64,000 bases of DNA from Raillietiella orientalis (Eukaryota): contig JAYWIR010000005.1 of NCBI GenBank assembly GCA_036172245.1, positions 2,046,001 through 2,110,000 of the forward strand. Reading direction: 5' to 3'. Positions within the stretch are counted from its first letter, which is position 1. Each line of letters opens with the position of its first letter. This document shows positions 63,031-64,000 of this stretch, in pieces. The notes under the pieces were generated by a model. The model ran no database searches and had not been told where the DNA came from. It saw only the letters and a list, made by a program, of their open reading frames with translations. The position numbers and the translations under genes were made by a program.

Positions 63031-63682
63031 GAAAATGGAGCCGCCCTTCTCCCTCGAGGTAGGATCCATGGTAAACCTCAGTGCAAGAAGAACAGACAAT
63101 GATGACTGCACGCCTGAGGGAGAACATGAAGTGTCGAGACCGCCGTACGAGTTAGGTGCGGGTAGCTCTGACCTTTTTCTCACCTGCTGATGGACTGCAC
63201 TGCTCCCCTTCGATGGCAGACAAGCGGTTGAGGAGGATCGTCGCGACACTCCCCCATCCGCGGGTAGCTGCCGTCTGCTGCAGGAATTCGCAGCCGCGCG
63301 TGGAAGGCAAGGCGGGGAATGATCCTCACCCAGTTCGCTCCCTGATGGAGAGAAAGGTGGGATGGTCCCACGTGGAACGAGCGAAGGAAGGATTCGTCCA
63401 CCGCTCCATCTAGATGAATAGGGCGCAACTGGTTGTCAGCAGTCCTCATAGACATTTGTCGACCTTTTCCCCTCCTTCTAGCCTTCACTCCTTCTAGCGT
63501 GATGGTCTGCTCCTCCACTTGGCTGACAAAGGCGACCTGAGGGTCCGTGGTGTACTCTTAGTTCTTCAGACCCACTCAAACCCTTCCGTTCCACGCTGTT
63601 TGATTATTATTTTTTTTTTAAAAAAAAAATAAGGCCAGTAGCAGCCTCATGAGAGATTGTTATTATTGGTCCAGTATGATTA

Positions 63683-63920
63683 TCACCCGGTCATTCTGGA
63701 ACATTTATTACATAACGTAATAAAAGTGCATTAATGTGGTAGAACCGTTGATTCTACCACGCGCAATGAACCTACCGAAGAGCGGTGCACAGACCAGCGA
63801 GGTCCGCGTCGGTTGCGTAGGGAAGGGAAAACCGAAACAGGAAAAATAAACAAACAAAACTAGTAAGAAGAATTGTCCACGAAGAGGGGAGGGCACCAAG
63901 GAAAGAATCACAGTACTCTG
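63683..63920 (-). mobile_element. LINE 3' end
   Basis: Terminal motif (reverse complement) CACCCGGTCATTCTGGAACATTTATT, as at 37786. Confidence 0.65.
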
Positions 63921-64000
63921 CTAGACGTCCTCTGTTCCCCGTTCACGATGCTCATAGCAAGTGCTCCAGGTGGAGCCATCTCGAGATAGTCCTCAGGAAA

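Noticed and set aside
63180..63420. CRE/HERO-like RLE element remnant (GANWVRIIP..RLRIP..C); a similar hint at ~41300-41600
   Set aside because: Only faint motif similarity and no catalytic motifs readable.

Overview
Eukaryotic, gene-poor, repeat-dense DNA. The host is probably an animal and possibly an arthropod; this is inferred from TTAGG-like repeats and possible chemoreceptor-like remnants. No intact host gene is supported, and almost all ORFs in the track are transposon fragments or noise. The window holds: the 3' part of a Utopia/NeSL-like RLE non-LTR element (1-1163); about 14 fragments of an L1/Tx1-clade LINE family sharing a 3' AATAAA plus stem-loop terminus, including a multi-layer nested cluster at about 24-40 kb with readable target-site duplications; about 10 copies of a ~0.95 kb tRNA-headed SINE-like family; a hAT MITE and a fold-back element; and pseudogene fragments (PP2A B'' subunit, trypsin-like, receptor-like). 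The main result is a near-complete, internally rearranged endogenous CRESS ssDNA virus (~28883-30985) inside the endonuclease domain of a nested LINE. It carries a full-length but disrupted Rep of nanovirus/alphasatellite-like type, a capsid split by an inversion, a CAGTATTAC stem-loop origin with iteron-like repeats, and divergent TATA boxes. Boundaries of degenerate elements are approximate unless a TSD is quoted.
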